Below are positions 6,982-18,374 of a stretch of DNA of 32,000 nucleotides, piece by piece. Made by a program: the position numbers and the translations under genes. Location of the stretch: positions 2,670,001 to 2,702,000 of the forward strand of contig NC_022349.1 of the NCBI RefSeq assembly GCF_000354175.2, written 5' to 3'. This DNA comes from Vibrio alginolyticus NBRC 15630 = ATCC 17749. Its GTDB lineage: Bacteria > Pseudomonadota > Gammaproteobacteria > Enterobacterales > Vibrionaceae. The notes under the pieces were generated by a model. That model did not search any database, had not been told where the DNA came from, and saw only the letters and a list, made by a program, of their open reading frames with translations. The first letter of the stretch is position 1, and each line of letters begins with the position of its first letter.

Positions 6982-7620
6982 TTATCCTTGGAGGCTTGGT
7001 GGGAAGCAAACTCCCGTTCCTCCGATGCCACAGTAACCATCAGGGTTTTTCGCCAAATATTGCTGGTGGTAGGTTTCCGCAAAGTAATACGGACCTGCTG
7101 GTTGTATTTCGGTGGTGATGTTCGCGCGTTGCTCTTCTTGCAGTGCTTGCTGATACAAGAGTTTCGATTTCTCTGCGCTCTCGAGTTGCCCCGTCGAATA
7201 AGTGTAAATTGCAGAACGATATTGAGTACCTAAGTCGTTACCTTGACGCATTCCCTGAGTTGGGTCGTGTTTTTCCCAAAAAACAGCCAGTAGCTTTTCT
7301 AATGAGATGACGCGTTCATCGAAAACGACTCGTACGACTTCTGTATGACCCGTTTTACCTGTACAGACCTCTTCATACGTGGGATTGGGTGTGTACCCCC
7401 CAGCGTAACCGACCGAAGTAGATACAACGCCGTCGAGTTGCCAAAATACGCGCTCAGCGCCCCAAAAACAGCCCATTCCGAGCAAAATCTGCTGTTGGTG
7501 TGACGCAAGAGGCGCCTTTAGGTTAGATTTATTTACAAAATGATGATCGTCAATCTGCATTGGTTGATCTCTACCTGGCAAGGCATCTTCTATACTGATC
7601 AATGTTTGTTTGTTGAGCAT
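6982..7620 (-). CDS. msrA: peptide-methionine (S)-S-oxide reductase
   Basis: 212 aa with the catalytic GMGCFWG motif and full-length MsrA similarity. Confidence 0.95.
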   Translation of the reverse strand: MLNKQTLISIEDALPGRDQPMQIDDHHFVNKSNLKAPLASHQQQILLGMGCFWGAERVFWQLDGVVSTSVGYAGGYTPNPTYEEVCTGKTGHTEVVRVVFDERVISLEKLLAVFWEKHDPTQGMRQGNDLGTQYRSAIYTYSTGQLESAEKSKLLYQQALQEEQRANITTEIQPAGPYYFAETYHQQYLAKNPDGYCGIGGTGVCFPPSLQG

Positions 7621-7787
7621 GGTATTTGTCCTTCAATACGTGTCTTAAATTTGCGAACTTTTTCATTTCGTCTGTATCTGATGCTGTGATGACATAGACC
7701 GCGTTAAACCTATTAATATTACAGACTTAGAATCTAATTGGCGTTATCATTATTTACGTTTACTTAACCTCATTCAGCCATAAAAGC

Positions 7788-9500
7788 ATGATAAAAAAAG
7801 CTCTCCCCACCATTGTTGGCCTGTTTGCCTTTTCTCATGGTGCCTATGCCGATGTTTCTTTGACTTTGAAAGGCATTGATGGCGCTTTAGAAGAGAATGT
7901 CAGTGCGTATCTATCATCTATTCCAGAGAAGGATTACTCCACTTCTCTGCGTTTTCAAGCGAGATTAGATCAAAGTATCACTGAAGCGCTTAACGCGCTT
8001 GGGTATTATCATGCAAAAATTTCATACTCTATTCCTGAAGCGAATGATGAGTTAATTGTGCTCATCAAGCCGGGCTTGCCAGTGAAAGTGAAAGTCATGG
8101 ATGTGGTCATCACTGGAGAGGCCAAGGACGATGAAGAATTTGCAAAACTTATTGAGCGCTCTCCGCTCAAAGTTGGCCAAGTTTTGAATCAAGGCCAATA
8201 CGACAGCCTTAAGTCAGGCATTCGTAACTTGGCGCTTCAGCGTGGTTACTTCAATGGTGAGTTTACGCTAAGTCGATTAGAGGTTATCCCTGATCTGAAC
8301 GAAGCTAATGTCCGTTTGCACTACAGCAGTGGAATACGTTTCAATTTTGGCGACGTTTCTTTTATTGGCAACCACATCTGGGAAGACCGTGTCGCATCAC
8401 TACAACCTTTTAAAGAAGGGGACCCATACAACGTTTCGAAGCTGGGCGAGTTTAACCAGAAGCTATCAAATACGGAGTGGTTTTCCTCAGTTTTTGTTGA
8501 GCCTGAATTGGATAGGCTTGATGATGGCCGAGACTTGCCAATTAAAGTGTCTTTATCTCCTGCTTCTAAGAATCAGATCGAGACGGGTATTGGTTACTCA
8601 ACGGATGTCGGCGTTCGAGGAACGTTGAAGTGGAAGAAACCTTGGGTGAGCTCCCGAGGACACAGTTTCAACACTGCTTTATCCCTATCTAAGCCAGAGC
8701 AAACCGTGACTGCTTCTTACAAAATTCCTTTAGAAGATGTCGCTAACGATTATTATCAAGTTCAATATGGGCTTAAAAACCTAGACAACCGTGACACGCA
8801 GAGTATCGAGTCTAACCTTGCAGTGGAGCGTCATTGGTTAGCAGACGGTGGTTGGCATAATACCGTTTATGTTCGTCATTTGTACGAGAGCTTTACGCAA
8901 GGTTTACAAGATGATGAATTCAACTTCGTACTTCCAGGTGCGACATTTTCTCGGACTAGGGTTCGAGGGGGCAATATGCCAATGTGGGGAGACAAGCAAA
9001 GCATCACTATTGAGTATGGTGATACCGCTATGCTTTCTGAAACTAGAGTGCTCCGCTTAATTGGCTCGACTTCTTGGATTCGTGGTATTGGAGAGAATCA
9101 TCGTGGTTTGTTCCGCTTAGAAGGTGGTGCGAATATTACCGATGAACTTGAAAAACTATCACCGTCGCTGCGTTTCTTCGCTGGTGGTGACAATAATATT
9201 CGTGGTTACGGCTATGAATCTATTTCACCTGTGGATGAGAGTGGCGCCCTGACGGGGGGTAAATACATTGTTAGCAGTACATTAGAATACCAATATCGTG
9301 TTTATGGAAACTGGTGGGCTGCAACGTTTTACGATATTGGTGATGCGTTTAATGAAACACCAGATTGGAAATCAGGTGCTGGTGTTGGTATCCGCTGGGC
9401 GTCTCCGGTGGGCCCTGTTAGTTTTGATTTTGCATGGGGGTTGGATGCAAAACCAGAACGAGAGTTTCGTATCCACTTCTCATTGGGGCCTGAGCTATGA
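7788..9500 (+). CDS. tamA: translocation and assembly module outer-membrane subunit TamA (YtfM; Omp85 family)
   Basis: 570 aa with a signal peptide, POTRA-like N-terminal region and a C-terminal beta-barrel ending in aromatic-rich strands (FRIHFSLGPEL). Start/stop overlap with tamB (ATGA at 9497-9500). Confidence 0.9.
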   Translation: MIKKALPTIVGLFAFSHGAYADVSLTLKGIDGALEENVSAYLSSIPEKDYSTSLRFQARLDQSITEALNALGYYHAKISYSIPEANDELIVLIKPGLPVKVKVMDVVITGEAKDDEEFAKLIERSPLKVGQVLNQGQYDSLKSGIRNLALQRGYFNGEFTLSRLEVIPDLNEANVRLHYSSGIRFNFGDVSFIGNHIWEDRVASLQPFKEGDPYNVSKLGEFNQKLSNTEWFSSVFVEPELDRLDDGRDLPIKVSLSPASKNQIETGIGYSTDVGVRGTLKWKKPWVSSRGHSFNTALSLSKPEQTVTASYKIPLEDVANDYYQVQYGLKNLDNRDTQSIESNLAVERHWLADGGWHNTVYVRHLYESFTQGLQDDEFNFVLPGATFSRTRVRGGNMPMWGDKQSITIEYGDTAMLSETRVLRLIGSTSWIRGIGENHRGLFRLEGGANITDELEKLSPSLRFFAGGDNNIRGYGYESISPVDESGALTGGKYIVSSTLEYQYRVYGNWWAATFYDIGDAFNETPDWKSGAGVGIRWASPVGPVSFDFAWGLDAKPEREFRIHFSLGPEL

Positions 9501-12500
9501 TCAAAATGATGTTTAAGTGGACCAAATGGCTGTCGCTCAGTTTGATTGGTCTATTGCTGTTGCTCATCATTATTGTCGCGACAGTTTTATTTACCCACCC
9601 AGGCCTCAAATTTGCCTTGTGGGGAGCCGAAAAAGCACTACCACAATTGCAGATTGAAAAAGTGCAGGGTTCATTGTTTCCTCGCTTCGAACTGCATAAC
9701 GTCAGTTTTGTCGATGAGTCTTTGAATATCGACGCCAAAGTCGAGCGTTTAGCTTTGGCAGTGAACTTCCGCTGTTTCTTTGACCCTAAGGTCTGTGTCG
9801 ATGAGTTAAGACTGCAGGGGCTTGACTTTAAGATGCCAGAGCTACCGCCAGCAAGCGAGGAGCAAGAGGAAACGCCACCACTGCGTTCTATCAGTACGCC
9901 AGTGCCAATTTTTGTTAATAAAGTCAGCTTTAATGACATCAATGTCAATGTGCTGGGCAATCAAATTGATTGGCAAACATTCTCGACCGCTTTGTCGATG
10001 CAGGGTGATCGTTTGGTGATCGCACCTACCGCGTTGAAAGACATTAATGTGGCTTTAGCACCAAGTGAGGCTAAACCTGAAGCGGCTGCCGAGGAGCCGA
10101 AAGAAACTGACGTTACGCCGCAAGATATTGTGTTACCCGAAGTATGGATTCCACTGACGGTTGAAGCGCGTCGTCTTGATATTCACAATTTCAAACTGGC
10201 GGGTGAAACGCCAGTGATCGTCAATCATCTTGGTTTGGTTGCAAGAGCAGGCGGTGAACGTGTTGATGTCAAAACGTTAGAGCTCGACATGCCAGAAGTG
10301 GAAGGCAAGTTGAGCACACAAGTGACGCTTTCTTCTGATTACCCTATCAAAGCGCAATTGGACGCGTTAGTGAAGCAAGCGGATGCGAAGGGACAAAAAC
10401 TGTCGCTTTCGGTCTCGGGTTCGGTTGGTGATTTGTCACTAAATGCTACGCTTTCTGAGCTTGTACAAGCGGAGATCAAAGGTGATATTCAACCGCTTAA
10501 AACACAGTTGCCGTTTGATGTCGCGATTAAAAATGTACAGGCGCAATGGCCGCTATTTGGACAAAGCGATTACCAGGTTTCTGTACCAAGCTTGGCGGCA
10601 AAAGGCTCACTTGATGGCTACGAAGTCGCATTAGAAACCAAAGCTTCGGGCAAAGATATTCCCGCCGTTGATGTCGCACTAAACGGCAAAGGTACGCTAG
10701 AGCAAATTGACCTCGAAAGCCTTGTAGTGAAAACCTTAGGGGGCGAACTCTCTGGGAAAGTCATGGCCAATTGGGCCGCGCCAATCAACTGGCAAGCTGA
10801 CTTGAACCTGAAAAACATTCAACCAGGTTTACAATGGAAAGAAGCTGAAGGGGATATCAGCGGTAACCTTTCGACTTCGGGGTCGTTAACAGAGCAAGGC
10901 GGTTGGCAAGTCAGTTTGCCTAAGTTAGACATTGACGGCATTTTGCGAGGGTATCCGCTGAATGTTGAAGGGCAACTTGAAGCGTCTGATAAAAACGGCA
11001 AAGGCGACGACATCCAACTTACCACTCAGGGTTTAGCGCTTTCTCATGGTCCAAACCAACTCAGTGCAAAGGGTAAGATCGATAAGCAAATTCTGATGGA
11101 TGTTGAGGTTAACTTCCCTGATTTTGCGAAAAGTGTTCCGGATCTTGCAGGTAAAATGCAAGGTAAAGTCGCACTACGTGGTAGCTTGAAAGAACCAGAC
11201 ATCAATCTTGATCTCGCTTTAAATCAGATAAACTGGCAGCAACAGGCGAACGTAGAAACGATCACCTTAAAGGGTGATGTGAAGCCTCTGCCAGCACCAA
11301 AAGCGAACATAAGCCTAATTGCGAACAACATTACCTATGACGACATAAAAGTTGATAGTGCTGACCTTGAAGTCTCTGGGGATGAAAAACTGCATCAACT
11401 GACGCTCGATGTAGTGTCTGACCTGGTGTCGACCAGTTTAGAAATTGAAGGGACATTCCAGCAGAAACCAGAAATGATTTGGAATGGGGCGCTGCGCCGC
11501 TTGACGCTGAGCTCGCAACAAGGCCCGTGGGCGTTGCAAAAATCGACCGCGGTGAAGGTCAATATCGACAAACAGATCGCGAACGTTCAAGCGCATTGTT
11601 GGTTGCAAGCGGAGTCGAGCGTATGTCTAACCGAAGACATTAGTGTCGGTAAGAGTGGCCAGGCGAAGTTAGCCATCAATGATTTTGATTTTGACCAAAT
11701 CAAACAATTCCTGCCGCCAGAAACCAAGCTGCAAGGCTCGGTTAATGCACAGGCTTTTGCTAAATGGGCACCAGAGAAAAAGCCTGAAGTAACCTTAAGT
11801 GTCAATATGCCAAAAGGCCAAGTTGAACAAGCGCTTGAACAGCCAATTAAAGTCGGTTGGGAAAGCTTCAACTTTAAAGCAGCATTAGCGAAAGACAAGC
11901 TTGATGCCGAGTGGCTATTTGATGTGAAAGATAACGGTGACTTGTCTGGTAAGGTTTCTTTACTGAATGTCTCGTCTGAAAAGCCCACTATTGATGGTAA
12001 GGTTTCACTCTCTACGTTCCACTTGGACTTCTTGGCACCGTTGATTGGTGAGTACAGCTTGTTTAAAGCAAACATGAATACTGACCTAGCGATATCAGGT
12101 GACGTTATGCATCCGAAGGTGAACGGTCAGTTCTTGATTGACCAAATGAAGCTACAGGGTGAAGTCACACCGATAGATATAAACTCAGGGCAGGTCGTCA
12201 TCAACTTTAAAGGTCATCAAGCGGACTTGAATGCCGGAATTTTAACCCCGGATGGTGAGTTGAACGTTACCGGTGATGCCGACTGGCAGGACTTACAGAA
12301 CTGGCGCACTAAAGCGCGTGTATTTGCTAAAGAGCTCAATGTTGATTTGCCTCCAATGGTAAAAATCAAGGTTGAGCCTGACATGACAATAGATGTGACC
12401 CCTCAGCTTGCGAAAATTGAGGGTGATATTAATTTGCCATGGGGAAGAATTGTCGTCGAAGAGCTTCCACCAAGTGCGGTAGGTGTATCGAGTGATACCG

Positions 12501-13261
12501 TTATTCTCGATAAAAACTTGCAACCAGTGGACGATGTGGCTGCGATGCCGTTTGATGTGGAAACGAACATCAACATTAAAATTGGTGATGACTTCCAACT
12601 TGCCGCTTTTGGCTTAAAAGGTGGGTTGAAAGGGAACCTAAACGTGACACAAAAAGACAAAGGTCCTTTCATCGTTGGTGAAGTGAATGTTGTTGACGGT
12701 TCTTATCGTTCGTTTGGTCAGGACTTATTGATTAAAGAAGGTAAGATCCTGATGAATGGTCCACCAGATCAACCTTACTTGTCTATCAAAGCGATTCGTA
12801 ATCCAGACAATACCCAAGATGATGTCATTGCGGGGGTACAAGTGTCGGGCCCAGCATCTGATCCGAGTATAGAAATTTTCTCAGAGCCCGCGATGAACCA
12901 AGCCAATGCACTTTCTTATCTACTTCGTGGTCAAGATATTGATGGTGAAGCCGGTGGTAATGCAATGACGACTACCTTAATTGGTTTAAGCTTGGCGAAG
13001 AGTGGTCGTGTGGTTGGTGAAATCGGTGAAGCCTTTGGCGTACAAGATTTACAGCTGGACACTGCTGGGTCGGGCGATGATTCGCAAGTGACGGTGAGTG
13101 GTTATATTCTGCCAGGTTTGCAGGTGAAATATGGTGTCGGCATCTTTAACTCCCTAGGTGAGTTCACTGTGCGTTACCGATTGATGCAAGACTTGTATTT
13201 AGAAGCGGTATCTGGTGTAGATAGCGCCGTTGACCTACTCTATCAGTTTGAGTTCGATTAA
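9497..13261 (+). CDS. tamB: translocation and assembly module inner-membrane subunit TamB (YtfN; DUF490 C-terminus)
   Basis: 1254 aa with an N-terminal anchor (LSLSLIGLLLLLIIIVATVLF) and a long beta-rich repeat body. The conserved C-terminal DUF490-type end is GYILPGLQVKYGVGIFNSLGEFTVRYRLMQDLYLEAVSG. Confidence 0.9.
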   Translation: MIKMMFKWTKWLSLSLIGLLLLLIIIVATVLFTHPGLKFALWGAEKALPQLQIEKVQGSLFPRFELHNVSFVDESLNIDAKVERLALAVNFRCFFDPKVCVDELRLQGLDFKMPELPPASEEQEETPPLRSISTPVPIFVNKVSFNDINVNVLGNQIDWQTFSTALSMQGDRLVIAPTALKDINVALAPSEAKPEAAAEEPKETDVTPQDIVLPEVWIPLTVEARRLDIHNFKLAGETPVIVNHLGLVARAGGERVDVKTLELDMPEVEGKLSTQVTLSSDYPIKAQLDALVKQADAKGQKLSLSVSGSVGDLSLNATLSELVQAEIKGDIQPLKTQLPFDVAIKNVQAQWPLFGQSDYQVSVPSLAAKGSLDGYEVALETKASGKDIPAVDVALNGKGTLEQIDLESLVVKTLGGELSGKVMANWAAPINWQADLNLKNIQPGLQWKEAEGDISGNLSTSGSLTEQGGWQVSLPKLDIDGILRGYPLNVEGQLEASDKNGKGDDIQLTTQGLALSHGPNQLSAKGKIDKQILMDVEVNFPDFAKSVPDLAGKMQGKVALRGSLKEPDINLDLALNQINWQQQANVETITLKGDVKPLPAPKANISLIANNITYDDIKVDSADLEVSGDEKLHQLTLDVVSDLVSTSLEIEGTFQQKPEMIWNGALRRLTLSSQQGPWALQKSTAVKVNIDKQIANVQAHCWLQAESSVCLTEDISVGKSGQAKLAINDFDFDQIKQFLPPETKLQGSVNAQAFAKWAPEKKPEVTLSVNMPKGQVEQALEQPIKVGWESFNFKAALAKDKLDAEWLFDVKDNGDLSGKVSLLNVSSEKPTIDGKVSLSTFHLDFLAPLIGEYSLFKANMNTDLAISGDVMHPKVNGQFLIDQMKLQGEVTPIDINSGQVVINFKGHQADLNAGILTPDGELNVTGDADWQDLQNWRTKARVFAKELNVDLPPMVKIKVEPDMTIDVTPQLAKIEGDINLPWGRIVVEELPPSAVGVSSDTVILDKNLQPVDDVAAMPFDVETNINIKIGDDFQLAAFGLKGGLKGNLNVTQKDKGPFIVGEVNVVDGSYRSFGQDLLIKEGKILMNGPPDQPYLSIKAIRNPDNTQDDVIAGVQVSGPASDPSIEIFSEPAMNQANALSYLLRGQDIDGEAGGNAMTTTLIGLSLAKSGRVVGEIGEAFGVQDLQLDTAGSGDDSQVTVSGYILPGLQVKYGVGIFNSLGEFTVRYRLMQDLYLEAVSGVDSAVDLLYQFEFD

Positions 13262-13305
13262 AGTGCTTTAACCTAAGCATACACAGTCATGACTAAGGAG
13301 TGGTT

Positions 13306-13653
13306 ATGCAGCATTTGATTTTTGTCTACGGCACGTTACGCAAGGGAGAGTACAACCATCAGTATTTGCGCTCGGCGCAGTTTCTTGGTTTACATGAAAC
13401 GGATGCTCAATTTGCAATGTATGACTTAGGCCCTTATCCAGCGTTGTCTGATGGGCAACGCTCGATTCAAGGTGAGGTGTACCTGATTGACAGTGAAACC
13501 TTATCTGAGCTAGATAGGTTAGAAGATGTGCCAGTGGAGTATCGCCGAGAGAGCATCGTCACGCCGTTTGGCCAAGCTTGGATCTACTTATATCAAGATA
13601 CTGAGCAATTAACCGAAGAAATCGCTTCCGGAGATTGGTGTCAAAAGGTGTGA
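13306..13653 (+). CDS. ytfP: gamma-glutamylcyclotransferase-family protein YtfP
   Basis: An AAGGAG SD lies 5 nt before ATG13306; the track starts at GTG13300. It has the N-terminal FVYGTLRKGE motif of the GGCT/AIG2-like fold and sits downstream of tamB, as in E. coli. Confidence 0.85.
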   Translation: MQHLIFVYGTLRKGEYNHQYLRSAQFLGLHETDAQFAMYDLGPYPALSDGQRSIQGEVYLIDSETLSELDRLEDVPVEYRRESIVTPFGQAWIYLYQDTEQLTEEIASGDWCQKV

Positions 13654-13702
13654 GCTATACTGACATTATCAATAGCAACGAGCTAAACACTAAGGAGTCA
13701 CG

Positions 13703-14065
13703 ATGAAAACATTCGTAATTGGATCAATGGCGTTGCTTCTTGCTGCATGCGCACAAACAACACTACCGACTTCGAATAATGTGACCGATTGGCAAGTGTT
13801 TGGTAAGCAGTCAGCTTTAGATGGATTACGGGAGTTATCTGAGGAGCGAATTGCGAAGCTGGATGATGTTAACCATGCGACGGCAGAACTGATAATGGCT
13901 TATCAAGCGGGTTACCAGCAAGGCAAGCAAGAGTATTGCGAGCAAAGTGCTTATATGCTCGGTGTTATCGGGCGGCCGTATTTTGGCATTTGTGATGATG
14001 TTGACCCCTTCTTTCAACATGACTACGACGCTGGACGAATGTCTTCAGCAGGCGCACCTATCTAG
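13703..14065 (+). CDS. DUF2799-like lipoprotein
   Basis: 120 aa with an AAGGAG SD and lipobox LLAAC (MKTFVIGSMALLLAAC). The DUF2799 family name is recalled from memory. Confidence 0.7.
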   Translation: MKTFVIGSMALLLAACAQTTLPTSNNVTDWQVFGKQSALDGLRELSEERIAKLDDVNHATAELIMAYQAGYQQGKQEYCEQSAYMLGVIGRPYFGICDDVDPFFQHDYDAGRMSSAGAPI

Positions 14066-14089
14066 TTGACACAGGTAAGATGAAAGCAA

Positions 14090-14113
14090 AAGAGCTGCCC
14101 TAGAGCAGCTCTT
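14090..14113. terminator. bidirectional terminator between the lipoprotein gene and ppa
   Basis: aagagctgc (14090-14098) pairs with gcagctctt (14105-14113). T-rich sequence follows on both strands. Confidence 0.65.
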
Positions 14114-14138
14114 GTTAATTTTGTATCAGCAGTGATGC

Positions 14139-14669
14139 TTATTTTTTCTGAGCTCGCTCGTAAGATTCTAGGATTTCAGCTTTGGCGGCAGCAACATCTG
14201 CCCAACCATCCACTTTCACCCATTTGCCTGCTTCAAGCTCTTTGTAACGCTCAAAGAATTGCGTGATCTGCGCTTTCAGTAGTTCTGGGATATCGTCCAC
14301 ATCTTGGATGTGCTCGTACTCTTTCGAGATTTTTGAGTGGGGAACCGCAAACACTTTTGCATCTTCACCCGATTCATCTGTCATCTTCAAAACGCCAACA
14401 GGACGGCAGCGAATGACTGAACCTGGCATGAGTGGGTATGGTGTTGGTACCAATACGTCGACTGGGTCGCCATCAAGAGACAGGGTATTGTTCACGTAGC
14501 CATAGTTGCATGGGTAGAACATTGGTGCAGACATGAAACGGTCGACAAATACAGCACCAGAGTCTTTATCTACTTCGTACTTGATTGGATCTGCATTTGC
14601 AGGAATTTCGATCACGACATAGATATCTTCAGGCAGCGACTTGCCTGCTGGTACATGGTTTAAGCTCAT
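14139..14669 (-). CDS. ppa: inorganic pyrophosphatase (family I)
   Basis: Starting at ATG14669 (AAGGAA SD) gives 176 aa beginning [10 protein letters not shown]..., the same length as E. coli Ppa. It has the conserved DGDPVDVLV and YEVDKDSG motifs. The 16 extra N-terminal codons in the track ORF are unsupported. Confidence 0.95.
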   Translation of the reverse strand: MSLNHVPAGKSLPEDIYVVIEIPANADPIKYEVDKDSGAVFVDRFMSAPMFYPCNYGYVNNTLSLDGDPVDVLVPTPYPLMPGSVIRCRPVGVLKMTDESGEDAKVFAVPHSKISKEYEHIQDVDDIPELLKAQITQFFERYKELEAGKWVKVDGWADVAAAKAEILESYERAQKK

Positions 14670-14796
14670 TAGAATATTCCTTTTCATTAACGATGAGTCA
14701 CACAAAAGCGGCTTCATCTGATGATAAATTCGCGTTTCACTTTAGCGACAAAAACGCGGCAGGTAAACACCTGCCGCGTTGGACAAAGGTCTGAAA

Positions 14797-15822
<1,026 letters not shown>

Positions 15823-16125
15823 TTACATTTTCATTTCATTGGGGGTAGTGCGCAAGTGAGCATCTCTTTATGGATGTTAAACGATTGCGCTGGATGTAAG
15901 TTTAAGTCGCAGATCTTTTTAATGGTAATGAAGTAACTGTTTGAGATCTCAATTTATTTGTAGACTTGTTTGAGGGATTCATCAGTAAGCAAGAGGTTGT
16001 ACAGTCTGTGTTCAACCTTGTCATATTTGTGAAAGGGACTGCAAGAAGAAGGCTAAAGTCACTCGCTTTTCAGGCGGTAATCGCGATAATGAAAGCATTA
16101 ACAAACGCATTACAAGGTTTAGTTT

Positions 16126-17484
16126 ATGCACATTCATATCTTGGGTATCTGTGGCACATTTATGGGCGGCGCAGCGATTCTAGCGCGCCAATTAGGACAT
16201 AAAGTCACTGGTTCTGATGCCAACGTTTATCCGCCAATGAGCACACTGCTTGAGTCTCAAGGTATTGAAATTATTGAAGGCTTTGACCCGTCTCAACTCG
16301 ACCCTCAACCAGATCTTGTGGTGATTGGTAATGCGATGAGCCGTGGCAACCCTTGTGTCGAGCATGTGCTCAACACTAACATGCGTTACACCTCTGGCCC
16401 GCAGTGGCTCAACGAGTTTTTGCTGCATGATCGTTGGGTATTGGCGGTATCGGGTACACATGGGAAAACGACCACGTCGAGCATGCTTGCCTGGATACTT
16501 GAAGATTGTGGTTATCAACCGGGTTTCTTAGTCGGTGGGGTACTCGGTAACTTCGGAGTGTCTGCTCGTTTGGGTGAAAGCATGTTTTTTGTCGTTGAAG
16601 CCGACGAATATGACAGTGCTTTTTTCGATAAGCGTTCTAAGTTTGTGCATTACCATCCTCGCACTTTAATCATGAATAACCTTGAGTTCGATCATGCTGA
16701 TATCTTCGATGATCTAGAAGCGATCAAGCGCCAATTCCATCATTTAGTGCGAACTGTACCGGGCAATGGATTGATCTTAGCGCCGAGGAAAGATCAAGCG
16801 TTAGCGGATGTATTAGAGCGTGGCTGCTGGACTGAAAAACAGTTCTCTGGTGAGAATGGTGACTGGCAAGCGCACAAATTAGTGCTTGATGGCTCAAAAT
16901 TTGACGTTGCGTTGCAAGGCGAGAAGGTTGGTACCGTCGAATGGAATTTGGTGGGTGACCACAATGTGGATAATGCGCTGATGGCAATCGCTGCTGCACG
17001 ACATGTTGGAGTCACTCCGGATCTTGCTTGCCAGGCATTAGGGCGTTTCATCAATACCAAGCGCCGTTTAGAGCTGAAAGGTGAAGAACAAGGTGTGACG
17101 GTTTACGATGATTTTGCGCATCACCCAACGGCAATTGAACTTACTGTCGGTGGTTTGCGTAACAAGGTAGGTGAAAAACGCATCCTTGCTGTGTTAGAGC
17201 CGCGGTCTGCCACCATGAAGCGTGGTGTACACAAAAACACACTTGCAGAGTCACTACACAGTGCAGATGAAGTCTTCTTGTTCCAGCCAGATAATATCGA
17301 GTGGTCTGTGCAAGACATTGCCGACCAATGCAAACAGCCAGCGTTTGTCGATGCGGATATAGATAACTTTGTAGCCAAGATCGTCGAACGTGCGCGACCA
17401 GGTGACCAAATTCTAGTCATGAGCAACGGTGGCTTTGGTGGTATTCACGGAAAACTTCTTGAGCAGTTAAAACAAAAAGCCTGA
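16126..17484 (+). CDS. mpl: UDP-N-acetylmuramate:L-alanyl-gamma-D-glutamyl-meso-diaminopimelate ligase
   Basis: 452 aa. Mur-ligase N-terminus [23 protein letters not shown]-binding loop GTHGKTTT, and divergent from fbp as in E. coli. Confidence 0.93.
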   Translation: MHIHILGICGTFMGGAAILARQLGHKVTGSDANVYPPMSTLLESQGIEIIEGFDPSQLDPQPDLVVIGNAMSRGNPCVEHVLNTNMRYTSGPQWLNEFLLHDRWVLAVSGTHGKTTTSSMLAWILEDCGYQPGFLVGGVLGNFGVSARLGESMFFVVEADEYDSAFFDKRSKFVHYHPRTLIMNNLEFDHADIFDDLEAIKRQFHHLVRTVPGNGLILAPRKDQALADVLERGCWTEKQFSGENGDWQAHKLVLDGSKFDVALQGEKVGTVEWNLVGDHNVDNALMAIAAARHVGVTPDLACQALGRFINTKRRLELKGEEQGVTVYDDFAHHPTAIELTVGGLRNKVGEKRILAVLEPRSATMKRGVHKNTLAESLHSADEVFLFQPDNIEWSVQDIADQCKQPAFVDADIDNFVAKIVERARPGDQILVMSNGGFGGIHGKLLEQLKQKA

Positions 17485-17489
17485 TTGAT

Positions 17490-18128
17490 ATGCAAAACAA
17501 AACACAACCCTCTCACAAAAAAGCCATCACGTTGGCATTAACGGGGGCTTCTGGTGCTCCCTACGGCCTTCGTCTTTTAGAATGCTTGGTTGCGGCGGAT
17601 TATCATGTCTACGTTCTGATTTCTTCGGCGGCTCGTGTCGTGATGGCAACCGAACACAACCTTAAGCTGCCAAGTGGGCCAGAAGCCGCAAAGCAAGCGT
17701 TGGTAGAGCACCTGAACTGCAATCCAAATAACATCACCGTTTGCGGTAAAGACGATTGGTTCTCGCCGGTTGCGTCTGGTTCTGCTGCACCTAAGCAAAT
17801 GGTGGTTTGCCCATGCTCAGCAGGAAGCGTTGCGGCCATAGCACACGGTATGTCGGACAACTTGATCGAACGGGCCGCTGATGTAGTAATGAAAGAGCGC
17901 GGGCAGCTGTTGCTCGTGGTTCGCGAAACACCATTTTCAACGCTACATCTGGAGAACATGCACAAACTGTCGCAAATGGGCGTCACCATCATGCCAGCAG
18001 CTCCGGGCTTCTACCATCAGCCAAAGAGCATTGAAGACTTAGTGGATTTTATGGTGGCAAGAATTCTTGACCACTTAGGTATTGAGCAAGGTTTGGTGCC
18101 TCGTTGGGGTTATGACCAGCGCTCGTGA
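17490..18128 (+). CDS. ubiX: flavin prenyltransferase UbiX
   Basis: 212 aa with [16 protein letters not shown] and [17 protein letters not shown] motifs typical of UbiX/Pad1. It begins 5 nt after the mpl stop. Confidence 0.9.
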   Translation: MQNKTQPSHKKAITLALTGASGAPYGLRLLECLVAADYHVYVLISSAARVVMATEHNLKLPSGPEAAKQALVEHLNCNPNNITVCGKDDWFSPVASGSAAPKQMVVCPCSAGSVAAIAHGMSDNLIERAADVVMKERGQLLLVVRETPFSTLHLENMHKLSQMGVTIMPAAPGFYHQPKSIEDLVDFMVARILDHLGIEQGLVPRWGYDQRS

Positions 18129-18167
18129 GCTGATTGTGTAACCACTCAAATACCTTTACAATCCATC

Positions 18168-18292
18168 CAACTCATCGGGGAGCAAACCCATTTAGCATTG
18201 AGTCAATCAATGCATTGGGGCGCTGAGACCTAAGTGTTTAACTAGGGACCCGTATTACCTGAACCAGATAATGCTGGCGTAGGAATTGAGTC
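18168..18292 (+). promoter_or_regulatory. TPP (THI-box) riboswitch in the thiB leader
   Basis: Conserved cores are present: GGGGCGCTGAGA (18217-18228), GGGACCC, and TACCTGAACCAGATAATGCTGGCGTAGGAA (18256-18285). Candidate closing helices are actca (18170-18174)/tgagt (18287-18291) or tcaat (18207-18211)/attga (18284-18288). It lies directly upstream of thiBPQ. Confidence 0.88.
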
Positions 18293-18374
18293 TGGATATT
18301 GGAAATCCTTAATAGCCGCCTCAAACCCTGTGCCGCTCAACTTATTTCTCTGAAATACTCATGGAGAGCGAGCA

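Noticed and set aside
9418-12672. Several 60-180-aa antisense ORFs inside tamA/tamB (9418..9960, 10618..11025, 11587..12075, 12293..12672) and short sense-strand off-frame ORFs
   Set aside because: They lie entirely within the long, well-supported tamB reading frame. Their composition is S/C/L-rich, as is typical of antisense frames, and they have no SDs.
15875-15888. Possible Cra/FruR site (TGTTAAACGATTGC) upstream of fbp
   Set aside because: It matches only about 9 of 14 positions of GCTGAAACGTTTCA and both outer half-site ends are wrong. That is too weak to report.
15966-16202. 78-aa ORF in the fbp-mpl intergenic region that overlaps the mpl start
   Set aside because: It has a TTG start and no SD, and it runs into the SD-supported mpl ATG at 16126 in another frame. 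The 312-nt gap is better explained as divergent promoter space.
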